From positions 3,899,802-3,963,801 of the forward strand of contig OZ251549.1 of NCBI GenBank assembly GCA_965243415.1: a stretch of DNA of 64,000 nucleotides, written 5' to 3'. A model generated the notes under the pieces. It ran no database searches. It was not told the origin of the DNA and saw only the letters and a list, made by a program, of their open reading frames with translations. A program made the translations under genes and the position numbers. Below, piece after piece: positions 9,293 to 18,086 of this stretch; the first letter of the stretch is position 1, and every line of letters begins with the position of its first letter. The stretch comes from Candidatus Marinacidobacterium sp. (lineage in GTDB: Bacteria > Acidobacteriota > Vicinamibacteria > Marinacidobacterales > Marinacidobacteraceae).

Positions 9293-10090
9293 GTGACTCC
9301 GGGGGAAGCGGCCGTGGCGGAGTTCGGGGAAGTCCGGTTCGGGGAGACCGCGATCCGGTTCGAGGTGCGCCGCAGCGCCCGGCGGCGGAAGACGGTGCGG
9401 ATCCGCGTCGAGGAGGGGCGGGTGCTGGCCGCGGCGCCGGAGGCGATGGCGACGGAAGAGATCGGGGCGATCGTGCGGCGGCGCGCCGGCTGGATCCGGC
9501 GGCGGCTGGCGGCGCCCGGACCGGAGGCGGAACCGGCGCCGAAGCGGTTCGTGAGCGGGGAGACGCTGCCCTATCTGGGACGGAGCGTGCGGCTGGTGGT
9601 GGAGCGCGGCGGGGCGGACGCGCCGGCGGTGCGGTTCGACCACTGGCGGCTGCGGGTGGCCGTGTCCGACGGTGATGGCGTGGGCGACGGCGGCGGTGGC
9701 GTCGTCGGGGACGCGGGCGGGGAGCGGCGCGAGCGGGTGCGGCGGGCGGTGCTCGACTGGTTCCGGGGGCGCGCCGCCGACCGGGCCCGGGCGAGCGTGG
9801 CGCGCTGGCTGCCGCGGTTCGGCCGGGCGGAGGCGCCGGAGGTCCTGATCCGTGACCAGCGGAAGAGATGGGGGAGTTGCGCGCCGGACGGAGCGCTGCG
9901 GTTCAACTGGCGGGTGGTGATGCTGCCGCCGCGCCTGCTGGACTATGTGGTGGCCCACGAGATCGCGCACTTGGCCGTGCCGAACCACTCCCCGGCGTTC
10001 TGGTCGCACCTGGCGTCGGCGATGCCGGACTGGCGCGAACGGCGGGCGCGGCTGCGGGAGGCGGGCGCGACCCTGCCGTCGCTGTCGTAG
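9293..10090 (+). CDS. YgjP-like zinc metallohydrolase (DUF45 / M48 superfamily), frequent type I R-M companion
   Basis: 265 aa with WGSC...LRFNWR and an HExxH motif (VVAHEIAHLAVPNHSPAFW). It lies directly downstream of hsdR. Confidence 0.85.
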   Translation: MTPGEAAVAEFGEVRFGETAIRFEVRRSARRRKTVRIRVEEGRVLAAAPEAMATEEIGAIVRRRAGWIRRRLAAPGPEAEPAPKRFVSGETLPYLGRSVRLVVERGGADAPAVRFDHWRLRVAVSDGDGVGDGGGGVVGDAGGERRERVRRAVLDWFRGRAADRARASVARWLPRFGRAEAPEVLIRDQRKRWGSCAPDGALRFNWRVVMLPPRLLDYVVAHEIAHLAVPNHSPAFWSHLASAMPDWRERRARLREAGATLPSLS

Positions 10091-10110
10091 CGGAGCGGGG
10101 CGGCGGAACG

Positions 10111-10228
10111 GGTTCGCTCCGTATCGGGTCGATCCGTATCGGCTCGATCCGCGTCGGCTCGATCCCTATCGGGTTCGATCCACATCGGGTCGATCCGCAT
10201 CGGGTCGATCCACATCGGCTCGGTCCGC
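10111..10228. repeat. Eight tandem ~15 bp units (consensus GGSTCGATCCNNATC)
   Basis: Read directly: ggttcgctccgtatc / gggtcgatccgtatc / ggctcgatccgcgtc / ggctcgatccctatc / gggttcgatccacatc / gggtcgatccgcatc / gggtcgatccacatc / ggctcggtccgcc. It shares the TCGATCC core with the following satellite. Confidence 0.9.
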
Positions 10229-10254
10229 CAACGGGTCCACCACCGATGTGCGCA

Positions 10255-11393
10255 GGGTGGTCGATCCGCCGAAGGGTGGTCGATCCGACACAGGGTGGTC
10301 GATCCGCCGAAGGGTGGTCGATCCGCCGAAGGGTGGTCGATCCAGCCCAGGGTGGTCGATCCGTCGGAGGGTGGCCGATCCGCCAGAGGGTGGTCGATCC
10401 GACACAGGGTGGTCGATCCGACACAGGGTGGTCGATCCGACACAGGGTGGTCGATCCGCCGAAGGGTGGTCGATCCGTCGGAGGGTGGCCGATCCGCCGA
10501 AGGGTGGTCGATCCGACACAGGGTGGTCGATCCGACACAGGGTGGTCGATCCGCCGAAGAGTGGTCGATCCGACACAGGGTGGTCGATCCGCCGGAGGGT
10601 GGTCAATACGCCGTAGGGTGGTCGATCCGGCGCAGGGTGGTCGATCCGTCGTAGCGTGGTCGATCCGCCACAGGGTGGTCGATCCGCCGAAGGGTGGTCG
10701 ATCCGCCGGAGGGTGGTCGATCCGCCGCAGGGTGGTCGATCCGCCGCAGGGTGGTCGATCCGCCGGAGGGTGGTCGATCCGCCGCAGGGTGGTCGATCCG
10801 TCGTAGGGTGGTCGATCCGGCGCAGGGTGGTCGATCCAGCCCGGGGTGGTCGATCGGTCGGGGGGTGGTCGATCCGCCACAGGGTGGTCGATCCGCCGAA
10901 GGGTGGTCGATCCGCCACAGGGTGGTCGATCTGCCACAGGGGTCGATCCGCCGGAGGGTGGTCGATCCGCCGCAGGGTGGTCGATCCGTCGGAGGGTGGT
11001 CGATCCGCCGCAGGGTGGTCGATCCGACACAGGGTGGTCGATCCGCCAGAGGGTGGTCAATACCGCCGGAGGGTGGTCAATACGCCGGAGGGTGGTCAAT
11101 ACCGCCGGAGGGTGGTCAATACACCGGAAGGTGGTCAATACGCCGGAGGGTGGTCAATACGCCGTAGGGTGGTCAATACGCCGTAGGGTGGTCGATCCGG
11201 CGCAGGGTGGTCAATCCGCCAGGGTGGTCGATCCGCCGCAGGGTGGTCGATCCGCCGCAGGGTGGTCGATCCGCCGCAGGGTGGTCGATCCGCCGTAGGG
11301 TGGTCGATCCGCCGAAGGGTGGTCGATCCGCCGGACGATGGTCGATCCAACCGGAAGGTGGTCGATCCGCTGAGAGTGGTCGATCCGCCGACA
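10255..11393. repeat. Satellite of about 60 tandem 19 bp units: 13 nt constant core GGTGGTCGATCCG plus 6 variable nt
   Basis: Units such as gggtggtcgatccgccgaa, gggtggtcgatccgacaca and gggtggccgatccgccaga repeat head to tail. A variant block gggtggtcaatacgccgga clusters at about 11050-11180. A 19 bp period is not a multiple of 3, and most units are stop-free in all six frames. This explains the many overlapping track ORFs here. Confidence 0.95.
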
Positions 11394-12016
11394 GCGAAGG
11401 TCGGGGGGCGTTCGAGGGGAGACCCGCGGCGCGGCTCCTTCCGGTCGGGCGGCCGGGGCGACGCCGCGGCCGGGCGGCCGGCCGGAGGCGCGGCGGGCGG
11501 CCGGACGCTCCCGGGCGCGGCTTCGGCGCTGTCGAACGAGGCGGGGCGCGCCGCCGGGGGAGCCGACGCGCGGACGGCGCGAGGGTCGGAAAATCCATGA
11601 CAGGTTTTGTCCGGTGCGCCGCTTACGGTTCTCGCCATGAACCTCCGAGCCCGCCTCCCCGGCGATCCGGCGACCGACGCCGGGAGCGCCCCCCGGCGCT
11701 TTCCGCCCGTGGGGGCTCTCGTCGGCGAGCGTTCCCTCACCGGGTCCCCGGTCTGGCGCCGGGGGGCGGTGGAGCGGGTGCGCGCCTGTCGCCGGCTGGC
11801 GCTGGACTGCGCGGCCGCCCGTCGGAGCGACCGTCCGCCGGGAGACCGACCCGACGGGAGCGCCGCGCCGGAGTACCGCGGCGGGAGCGCCCGAACTTCG
11901 GGAGAAGGATCGAAACCCGAGGGGCCGCACGACCCCGAATCACACGACCCCGAATCGCACGACCCCGAATCGCACGACACCGAACGGATCACGACGGACG
12001 GAGAGGAAGACGACAG

Positions 12017-13399
12017 ATGAACCGAAGAATCCCCGCACCCCGAACGGGCGCGGGCGGGTCGACGAACCGCGCCACGATCCCCGCCGCCATCCTTCTGGTA
12101 GCAACGATGGCGCTGGCCGGGTGCAGCCCGGACGGCCCCTCCGCGCCCACCGCTCCGGCGACCGACCGCCCGGCGGCCGGACCCGCCGCGCCGACGCCGC
12201 CGACAGCCGGGACCGACGCAGGAAGCGGATCGTTCTCCTGGAGCATCGAGATGCATCGGGGCGGCTCGACCTTCGCGTGGGCGGTGAAGGACCGGACGGT
12301 CGCCGCCGGGGAGACCGGCGCGCACGCGCTGCCCCGGGGCTTCTGGCACGGCGAGTTGCAGCAGCCGGTGGTCCATGTCCGGGCGGGCTACGAAGACGCC
12401 GCCGGCGCGGTGTCCCTGTCCGTCGCCTCCCGCACCGCGCCGCCCTACCGGCCGCACGATTCCCGCTTCGGCGACTCCTTCGGGGGCGGCGAGGCGTATG
12501 TGTATGTCGGCGGTTACGGCGACCTGACCCTGGAAGCGCGGCACCTCCCCTCCGGCGCCGCTTCCCGGTTCCGCCTCGAGATCGGCGAGCTCCGCGACAA
12601 CGCCCCCGACCTGGAAACGATCTGGTTCGCCAGGGAACACGCCCGGCCCGTCATCCCCGCGGTCGGTCGGCTCCCGGCGACCTGCGACCCGGCGCTCCGG
12701 GCGAGCGCGGTCCGCTTCACCGAAGGGGTCTGGGAGGACTGGAGACTGCCGATCCCGGTGGACCTGGTGGACAACTTCCCGACCGTCCGGGAACCGTGGA
12801 TCTGGACGAACGGCGAACCCACCGGTTACCTGGAAGCGTTCGATTTCTCCGTGATGCAGGAACAGATCGAGGCCTACGCCGAACAGATCGAGCAGAACCT
12901 CGGCTTCCCGATCATCGAGTTCGGGCGCGTGATCTCCGCGGACACGCTGGAGCGCGAAGGCGGGGCGAATCGCCCGCGGCGGACCGAGCGGCTCCATGTC
13001 GGCTACCGCGTCGGCGACTGTTCCCTCGCCGCCGCCGCCTGTGCGCACCTCGAGTCCGGTTTCGCCTCCTGGTGGGTGCGCGCTTCCGCCGGCGACTCCG
13101 GGGAAGCGGTCGGGATGGCGCACGAGATCGAACACCTGCTCGGCTTCAAACACGAGTACAGCGAGTTCGACGCAACCTCGCGGAACCCGGACGGCGTGGC
13201 GATGGACCAACCGGAATACCGCAACTTCCTCCCCGGCCAGCGGTACTGGACGGGGAACCACAGATGGCAGTGCGGCCGGACCGGGCCGAACACCGTCTCC
13301 TCGACGGACTCCTGCTACAAGGAATGGGACGACTCCCGATACACCGCCTCCGCCACCCTGGCGAACCTCTACTGCATCTTCGAGACCCAGCGGCGCTGA
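12017..13399 (+). CDS. Lipoprotein with metzincin-type zinc-protease motif
   Basis: In-frame ATG at 12017 preceded by ggagaggaag. Signal peptide plus lipobox LLVATMALAGCS. HExxHxxGxxH motif (AHEIEHLLGFKH). The upstream part of track ORF 11207..13399 lies in repeat DNA and is rejected. Confidence 0.75.
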   Translation: MNRRIPAPRTGAGGSTNRATIPAAILLVATMALAGCSPDGPSAPTAPATDRPAAGPAAPTPPTAGTDAGSGSFSWSIEMHRGGSTFAWAVKDRTVAAGETGAHALPRGFWHGELQQPVVHVRAGYEDAAGAVSLSVASRTAPPYRPHDSRFGDSFGGGEAYVYVGGYGDLTLEARHLPSGAASRFRLEIGELRDNAPDLETIWFAREHARPVIPAVGRLPATCDPALRASAVRFTEGVWEDWRLPIPVDLVDNFPTVREPWIWTNGEPTGYLEAFDFSVMQEQIEAYAEQIEQNLGFPIIEFGRVISADTLEREGGANRPRRTERLHVGYRVGDCSLAAAACAHLESGFASWWVRASAGDSGEAVGMAHEIEHLLGFKHEYSEFDATSRNPDGVAMDQPEYRNFLPGQRYWTGNHRWQCGRTGPNTVSSTDSCYKEWDDSRYTASATLANLYCIFETQRR

Positions 13400-13506
13400 C
13401 GCCCCGGTTCCACGCCCGATCTCGCAAACCGACGGCGCCCGAGCCATCGCCTCCGACCGGAATCCTCCGCCCCGCCGCCCCCACCCCGAACACCCACCGA
13501 GAATCC

Positions 13507-14613
13507 ATGCCACAACCCATGCTGAAACCCTTCCCCGCTCCGACCCTCCCTTCCTCCATCGTCGTCGTCCTCGGGGCACTGGCGCTCGCGGCCTGCGCCG
13601 GGACTTCGCGGCCGACGCGACACCTGTCCCCGGAGGATCAGGCCCGCGTCGCCCGGGAGACCGCTCTCCAGGCAGAGATGGCGCTCACCACGATGATGGA
13701 GAACGACGACCGCCTCTCACGGGTGGCGCTGCCGATCCAGCAGGCGGCGGTCCCGCTCTGCCCTCCGGCGCGGCTCGGGACGCGCTACGGATACCGCGTG
13801 GCGGTGCTCGAGAGTTTTCCGGAGGAGTTCCGCGACGCCGCCTCGCGCCTCCGCGGGATGGATCATCGGGTCTCGCTGCTCTCGGTGACTTCGGGATCAC
13901 CGATGGCGCTCGCCGGTTTCCGGGCCGGCGACCGGGTGCGGGGCGTCAACGGCTCCCCCGTCCGTCCGGGAAAGGCCGGACTGTCGGACTTGGACAAGAG
14001 ACTCCGGGACGGCGCCTCGAACTCTTTCCGGGTCGCGCGCGGCTTCGATGAGTCGGAAGAGTCGCCGGAGGAACACTCGGCGGAGGTCACCGGGGTGTCG
14101 GTCTGCGGCGAGGCGCCGGTCGTGCTCGACGGCGACTCCACCACGAACGCCTTCACCGACGGCGAGAACATCTACCTGACCCAGGGAATGATGGGTTTCG
14201 TGGAGTCGGACGACGAACTGGCGATGGTCGTCGCCCACGAACTGGGCCACATCGTCGGCGGCCATGTGCAGAAGAAGAAGATGAATGCGTTCTGGGGCGC
14301 CCTCGGCGGCGCGCTGCTCGACGGCCTCGCCGCCCGATACGGCGGAGTGGACACCCGCGGGGCCTACTCGGAGGCGCTGGCGGTGGCCGCCTCCCGGAAG
14401 TACAGCCAGGACTTCGAGAACGAAGCGGACGCCCTCGGCGCCGAGATCCTGGCGGCGGCGGGCATCGACTTCTTCGACGCGATCGACTTCTGGCGGCGCA
14501 TCTCCATGGAGTCCCCGGGCGGAGTCGCCGCCTCGCACAACGCCTCGCATCCGTCGTCCCCGGAGCGATTCATCCGCCTCACCGACCTCCATGCCGAGTT
14601 CTTCCCCCGATGA
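13507..14613 (+). CDS. M48-family (HtpX/BepA-like) metallopeptidase lipoprotein with PDZ-like insert
   Basis: In-frame ATG at 13507. Signal/lipobox LGALALAACAG. PDZ-like LLSVTSGSPMALAGFRAGDRVRGVNGSPV. HExxH motif (VVAHELGHIVGGH) with a downstream ENEAD glutamate region. Confidence 0.85.
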   Translation: MPQPMLKPFPAPTLPSSIVVVLGALALAACAGTSRPTRHLSPEDQARVARETALQAEMALTTMMENDDRLSRVALPIQQAAVPLCPPARLGTRYGYRVAVLESFPEEFRDAASRLRGMDHRVSLLSVTSGSPMALAGFRAGDRVRGVNGSPVRPGKAGLSDLDKRLRDGASNSFRVARGFDESEESPEEHSAEVTGVSVCGEAPVVLDGDSTTNAFTDGENIYLTQGMMGFVESDDELAMVVAHELGHIVGGHVQKKKMNAFWGALGGALLDGLAARYGGVDTRGAYSEALAVAASRKYSQDFENEADALGAEILAAAGIDFFDAIDFWRRISMESPGGVAASHNASHPSSPERFIRLTDLHAEFFPR

Positions 14614-14710
14614 CCGCGGGACGCGGCGCCTTCGCGCGAGCCGAATCGTCGAATTCCTCTGCGGCTCCACCCCCGACCCCGGCGCGATGCCCCGCGAACG
14701 GTGACGACTG

Positions 14711-14887
14711 ATGGGCTGTCTGGCGTGGCTCCTGGGAAACATCCTCGGACTCGCCGCGGCCTGGCGCGTGGCTTCCTGGATCATGCCGAACGAGTGGTGG
14801 TTCCTCGTCGCCTTCCCCGTCTATGCGGTCGGTTACTTCGTGCCGTTCTACCTGTTCGCGTGGCTGTACCCCGACTTCGAAGTGTGA
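14711..14887 (+). CDS. Small hydrophobic (2-TM) protein, 58 aa
   Basis: My own translation: MGCLAWLLGNILGLAAAWRVASWIMPNEWWFLVAFPVYAVGYFVPFYLFAWLYPDFEV. GC-rich third positions are consistent with coding. It is below the size cut-off of the track. Confidence 0.4.
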   Translation: MGCLAWLLGNILGLAAAWRVASWIMPNEWWFLVAFPVYAVGYFVPFYLFAWLYPDFEV

Positions 14888-15013
14888 ACGCTGAAGACCG
14901 CCCCGATCGATCGGGGCGATGGCGCCGGGCGTCGCGGTCCGCCGGCGCCGAAGTCCGGAAGCGCACCCGCCCGCCCGGGGTTCGGGAGCGAGGTCGCCCG
15001 GCCGCGGCGCGGG

Positions 15014-16531
15014 TCAGAGGCCGAGGTCGCGGAGGATGCCGGGGTTGTCGCGCCAGCCGGAGCGCACCTTGACCTGCAGGCCGAGGAACACGCGGCGGCC
15101 CAGGCGGGATTCGATGGCCGCGCGCGCTTCCGACCCGACCCGTTTCAGCATCCCGCCGCCGCGGCCGATGACGATGCCGCGCTGGGAGTCGCGGTCCACC
15201 AGCACCGAGGCCCGGATGCGCACCAGGCCGCGCTTCGGGGCCGAGTCGTCGTACTCCTCGATCCGCACCGCGGCGGCGTGGGGCACTTCCTGGCGGAGGT
15301 GGGTCAGCATCCGTTCCCGCACTTCCTCGGCGGCGAAGAAGGCCTCGGGGAGGTCGGTGATCCGGTCGGCTTCGTAGAGCGGCGGGCCGAAGGGCAGCCT
15401 CGCCGCGACCACGGCGAGCAGGGACCGGTCGGGCCGCGCCTCCCCCCGCCCGGCCCGATGCCCCTGCGGCGAATCCACATTCGCGCCGGTGCGGGCGGAG
15501 AAGACGACGACCTCGGTGTCCGGGACCTCCGTGTCCGGCACTACGGCGTCGGGGATGGCAGCGCCGCCCGCCTCCTCTCCCGCCAGCTCGGCCGAACGCC
15601 CGCCGCGCCCGGCGAAGGCCTCCCGGAACCGCGCCGTCAGCCGGGCCACCTGCGACCGGGAGGCGGCGTCGCTCTTGTTGATCCCGATCACCCGCGGCCC
15701 CCGGAACCGGCGAAGGCGCCGGACCAGACCGTCGAGGTCGGTCTCGCTCCCGGGCCGCACCCCGTCCACCACCGCCAGCGCGAGGTCGGCGCCGCCCAGA
15801 CTCTCGGCGACGCTCCGCATCATCGCCTTCCCCAGCCCGTGCCGGGGCCGGTGGATCCCCGGCGTGTCCAGCAGGATGCATTCGAGACCCCGCCGCCGGG
15901 CGATCCCCAGGATCCGGCGCCGGGTGGTCTGCGGCTTGGGACTGACGATCGCCAGCGACTCCCCCACCAGCCGGTTCAGCAGCGTGGACTTCCCCGCGCC
16001 GGGCAGCCCCACGATCGCCACGAACCCCGCCCGATGCGCCGCCGCGCCGCTCCCGACCGCACCTTCCCCGGCGCACCCGGCCCCGCCTCCCTCGTCCTGA
16101 CGCCCGCCGCCGGCGATTTCTCCGTCGGCGCCCTGGCGGTCCCCACCCTCGCCGCCCCCGCCCCCGCCGGCCGTCTCCTCCGCCGCGCCTGCTCCCCGAC
16201 CCGCTCCGCCATCCCCTTCCCCGATCGCGCCGGCGGCCGCGCCCCGACGCGCCGACCCCGTCCGGGGCGATCCGGCGCCGGCCCCCGGGCCCGGTCCGCC
16301 ATCCGGGCGCGTCCCGCCCGAAGCGGGATCCCCGGGCTCCGCCCCCGCGCCCGTCCCCTCCCCCCGGTCGCCGGCCGCCGCCGCGGCCCGCCCGCCCTCC
16401 GCCCGGCGCCCGCGGTCCGCGCTCCGGCAGTCCGCGCCCTCCCCGCCGCCGCGCCCGCCGGCCGTCCCTTCCCCGGCGCCCGCTCCCCGCTCCGTTCCGC
16501 CGGCTCCGCCCACGACCTCCCCGGCATCCAC
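15014..16531 (-). CDS. era: GTPase Era (start uncertain; long low-complexity N-terminal region)
   Basis: G1 motif IVGLPGAGKSTLLN, DTPG, NKSD, and a KH-domain C-terminus (VDRDSQRGIVIGRGGGMLKRVG). There is no ATG/GTG/TTG in frame between the G1 motif (~16020) and GTG 16513/16531, which implies a ~165 aa Gly/Ala/Glu/Arg-rich extension or a non-canonical start. Confidence 0.85.
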   Translation of the reverse strand: MDAGEVVGGAGGTERGAGAGEGTAGGRGGGEGADCRSADRGRRAEGGRAAAAAGDRGEGTGAGAEPGDPASGGTRPDGGPGPGAGAGSPRTGSARRGAAAGAIGEGDGGAGRGAGAAEETAGGGGGGEGGDRQGADGEIAGGGRQDEGGGAGCAGEGAVGSGAAAHRAGFVAIVGLPGAGKSTLLNRLVGESLAIVSPKPQTTRRRILGIARRRGLECILLDTPGIHRPRHGLGKAMMRSVAESLGGADLALAVVDGVRPGSETDLDGLVRRLRRFRGPRVIGINKSDAASRSQVARLTARFREAFAGRGGRSAELAGEEAGGAAIPDAVVPDTEVPDTEVVVFSARTGANVDSPQGHRAGRGEARPDRSLLAVVAARLPFGPPLYEADRITDLPEAFFAAEEVRERMLTHLRQEVPHAAAVRIEEYDDSAPKRGLVRIRASVLVDRDSQRGIVIGRGGGMLKRVGSEARAAIESRLGRRVFLGLQVKVRSGWRDNPGILRDLGL

Positions 16532-16581
16532 CCCCCGGCGCGCCGATCCCGTCCCGGAGGGGTCGGCGCCGTCCGTCCCGG

Positions 16582-17841
16582 TCAGTCCGCGGCTCCCGCC
16601 CCGGCGGCGTCGGCGGGATCTACCCGGCGCAGCCGCAGCCGATGCACCCGCCGCCCGTCGGCCTCCAGCACCTCGATCCGCACCCCCTCGCTCTCCAGCG
16701 ACTCCCCCGGTTCCGGGATCCGACCCAGCGCCGCCAGCACGAAGCCCGAGACGGTATCGATCGCCGCCCCGTGGAGCGCCTCCGGCAACCGGACCCCGGT
16801 GCGCCGCGACACCTCGTCCAGTTCGGCGGCGCCGCGCACCAGGAAGACCCCCTCCGACTCCTCCTCGACTTCGGCCCCGCCGCCGTCGCCGTCCTCGCGC
16901 ACCTCGCCCACGATCTCCTCGGAGATGTCGCGCAGGGTCACGATCCCGGAGACGCTGCCGCGCTCGTCCACGACCACCGCGAAGGTCTGCTGGTCGCGTT
17001 TGAACTCCTTGAGCAACTCGTCCACGCGCTTGGTCTCCGGCACCACCGGCGCCTCCCGGACGAGCGCCGCCAGGTCGCCGCCGTTCCGCCGCGCCGCGAT
17101 CAGGTCCACCGCGTCCACCAGGCCGAGCACGCCGCCTTCCCCCCGCTCGCCGAAGACCGGCAGCCGGTGGTGGCGGCTCTCGGCCACCCGTTGCTCCACT
17201 TCCTCGACGCTGGCGCCGCTCTCGACGGAGACCACCGCCGTCCGGGGCGTCATCACCTCCCGCACCAGCATCTCGTCCAGTTCCAGCACTCCCCGCACCA
17301 TCGCGGCCTCCTCTTCTTCCAGGATGCCTTCCTCCTCGCCGGTCTCCAGGAAGGCTTCCACCTCTTCCCCGGTCGCTTCCTCCCCGGCCTCTTCGGAGAT
17401 CGGGAAGGAGCGGCGCAGCGCCCGCCGCAGCGGCTCCGCCAGCGGCCGCAGCAACCGCTCCCAGCGGCGGAACAGCGGGAGCAGTCGGCGCAGCACCGAC
17501 TCCGGGTCGCGCAGCAGCACCGCCGCCGGAACGACCTCCCGCAGGAGCAGGTAGCCCGGCGCCGCCACCAGCAGCACCCAGGCGGCGGGTTCCGGCCCCG
17601 CCCCCGCCTCCCGCGCCGCCAGTCCGGCGAACCCGGCGGACAGCAGCAGCCCGAAGCGCGTCGGGATGAGCACCGCCAGCGGGTCCGCCAGCCGCTCCCG
17701 GAGAGCCCGGGTCTCCTCCGGTTCCCCGGCGAGCGCGCGCACCGCGATCTCGCTCGACGAGAAGAAGGCGATCTCGAACAGGGCGAGCAGCACCACCGCG
17801 GCCCCGAACAGGACGATCAGCCCCACCCACAGCACCGTCAC
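16582..17841 (-). CDS. DUF21-CBS-CorC_HlyC family membrane protein (CorC/TlyC-like)
   Basis: GTG at 17841 overlaps the upstream stop (GTGA). N-terminal TM region (VLWVGLIVLFGAAVVLLALFEIAFFSSSEIA), a CBS pair (VREVMTPRTAVVSV..., TFAVVVDERGSVSGIVTLRDI), and a C-terminal CorC_HlyC-like domain. Confidence 0.9.
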   Translation of the reverse strand: MTVLWVGLIVLFGAAVVLLALFEIAFFSSSEIAVRALAGEPEETRALRERLADPLAVLIPTRFGLLLSAGFAGLAAREAGAGPEPAAWVLLVAAPGYLLLREVVPAAVLLRDPESVLRRLLPLFRRWERLLRPLAEPLRRALRRSFPISEEAGEEATGEEVEAFLETGEEEGILEEEEAAMVRGVLELDEMLVREVMTPRTAVVSVESGASVEEVEQRVAESRHHRLPVFGERGEGGVLGLVDAVDLIAARRNGGDLAALVREAPVVPETKRVDELLKEFKRDQQTFAVVVDERGSVSGIVTLRDISEEIVGEVREDGDGGGAEVEEESEGVFLVRGAAELDEVSRRTGVRLPEALHGAAIDTVSGFVLAALGRIPEPGESLESEGVRIEVLEADGRRVHRLRLRRVDPADAAGAGAAD

Positions 17842-18086
17842 GACGCCCCCGCCTCCCGCGCCGCCAGTTCGTCGAACCCCGCCGACAGGAACGGCCCGAA
17901 TCGAGTGGAAGGCGGCATCGCCGGCGGGTCCGCCAGCCGCTTCCGCAACACCCGGGGCCCCCCCGTCCGCCCGGCCAGCGCCTGCGCCGCGATCCCGCTC
18001 GAAGCGGAGGACGCGACCTCGAACAGCGCCGACAGCGCCGCCGCCGCCCGGAACCGGTCGATCCGCGCCACCCGGAGCACGATCAC
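17838..18086 (-). pseudogene. Diverged duplicate of the 5' (first TM hairpin) module of the DUF21 gene, still an intact 82-codon ORF
   Basis: About 245 bp, homologous to 17593-17841. Translation: VIVLRVARIDRFRAAAALSALFEVASSASSGIAAQALAG...FLSAGFDELAAREAGAS. GTGA overlaps at both ends (18083-18086 and 17838-17841). Confidence 0.45.

Noticed and set aside
10255-11393. CRISPR array
   Set aside because: Units are contiguous 19-mers with only a 6 nt variable part. There are no spacer-length unique segments and no cas genes in the window.
9868-11598. A dozen overlapping ORFs (for example 9903..11138 minus, 411 aa with the repeat STTLRRIDHPPADRPPCGG) that could be read as repeat proteins
   Set aside because: They arise because most 19 bp satellite units lack stop codons in all six frames. 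A 19 bp period forces a frame rotation every unit. No start or SD context, and all frames are equally open.
11207-12016. N-terminal 270 aa of track ORF 11207..13399 and the overlapping 12121..14613 830 aa ORF
   Set aside because: The upstream parts lie in satellite or low-complexity DNA. Internal ATGs at 12017 and 13507 are followed by lipoprotein signal peptides, and 12017 also has an SD-like ggagaggaag upstream, giving sensible protein lengths.
15014-17830. 938 aa ORF suggesting a giant Era fusion, and the plus-strand ORFs 15278..17554 and 16642..19344
   Set aside because: The long minus ORF overlaps the independently framed DUF21-CBS gene (16582..17841). Only the C-terminal part is Era. 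The plus-strand ORFs are antisense shadows with Pro/Arg/Ser-rich translation.
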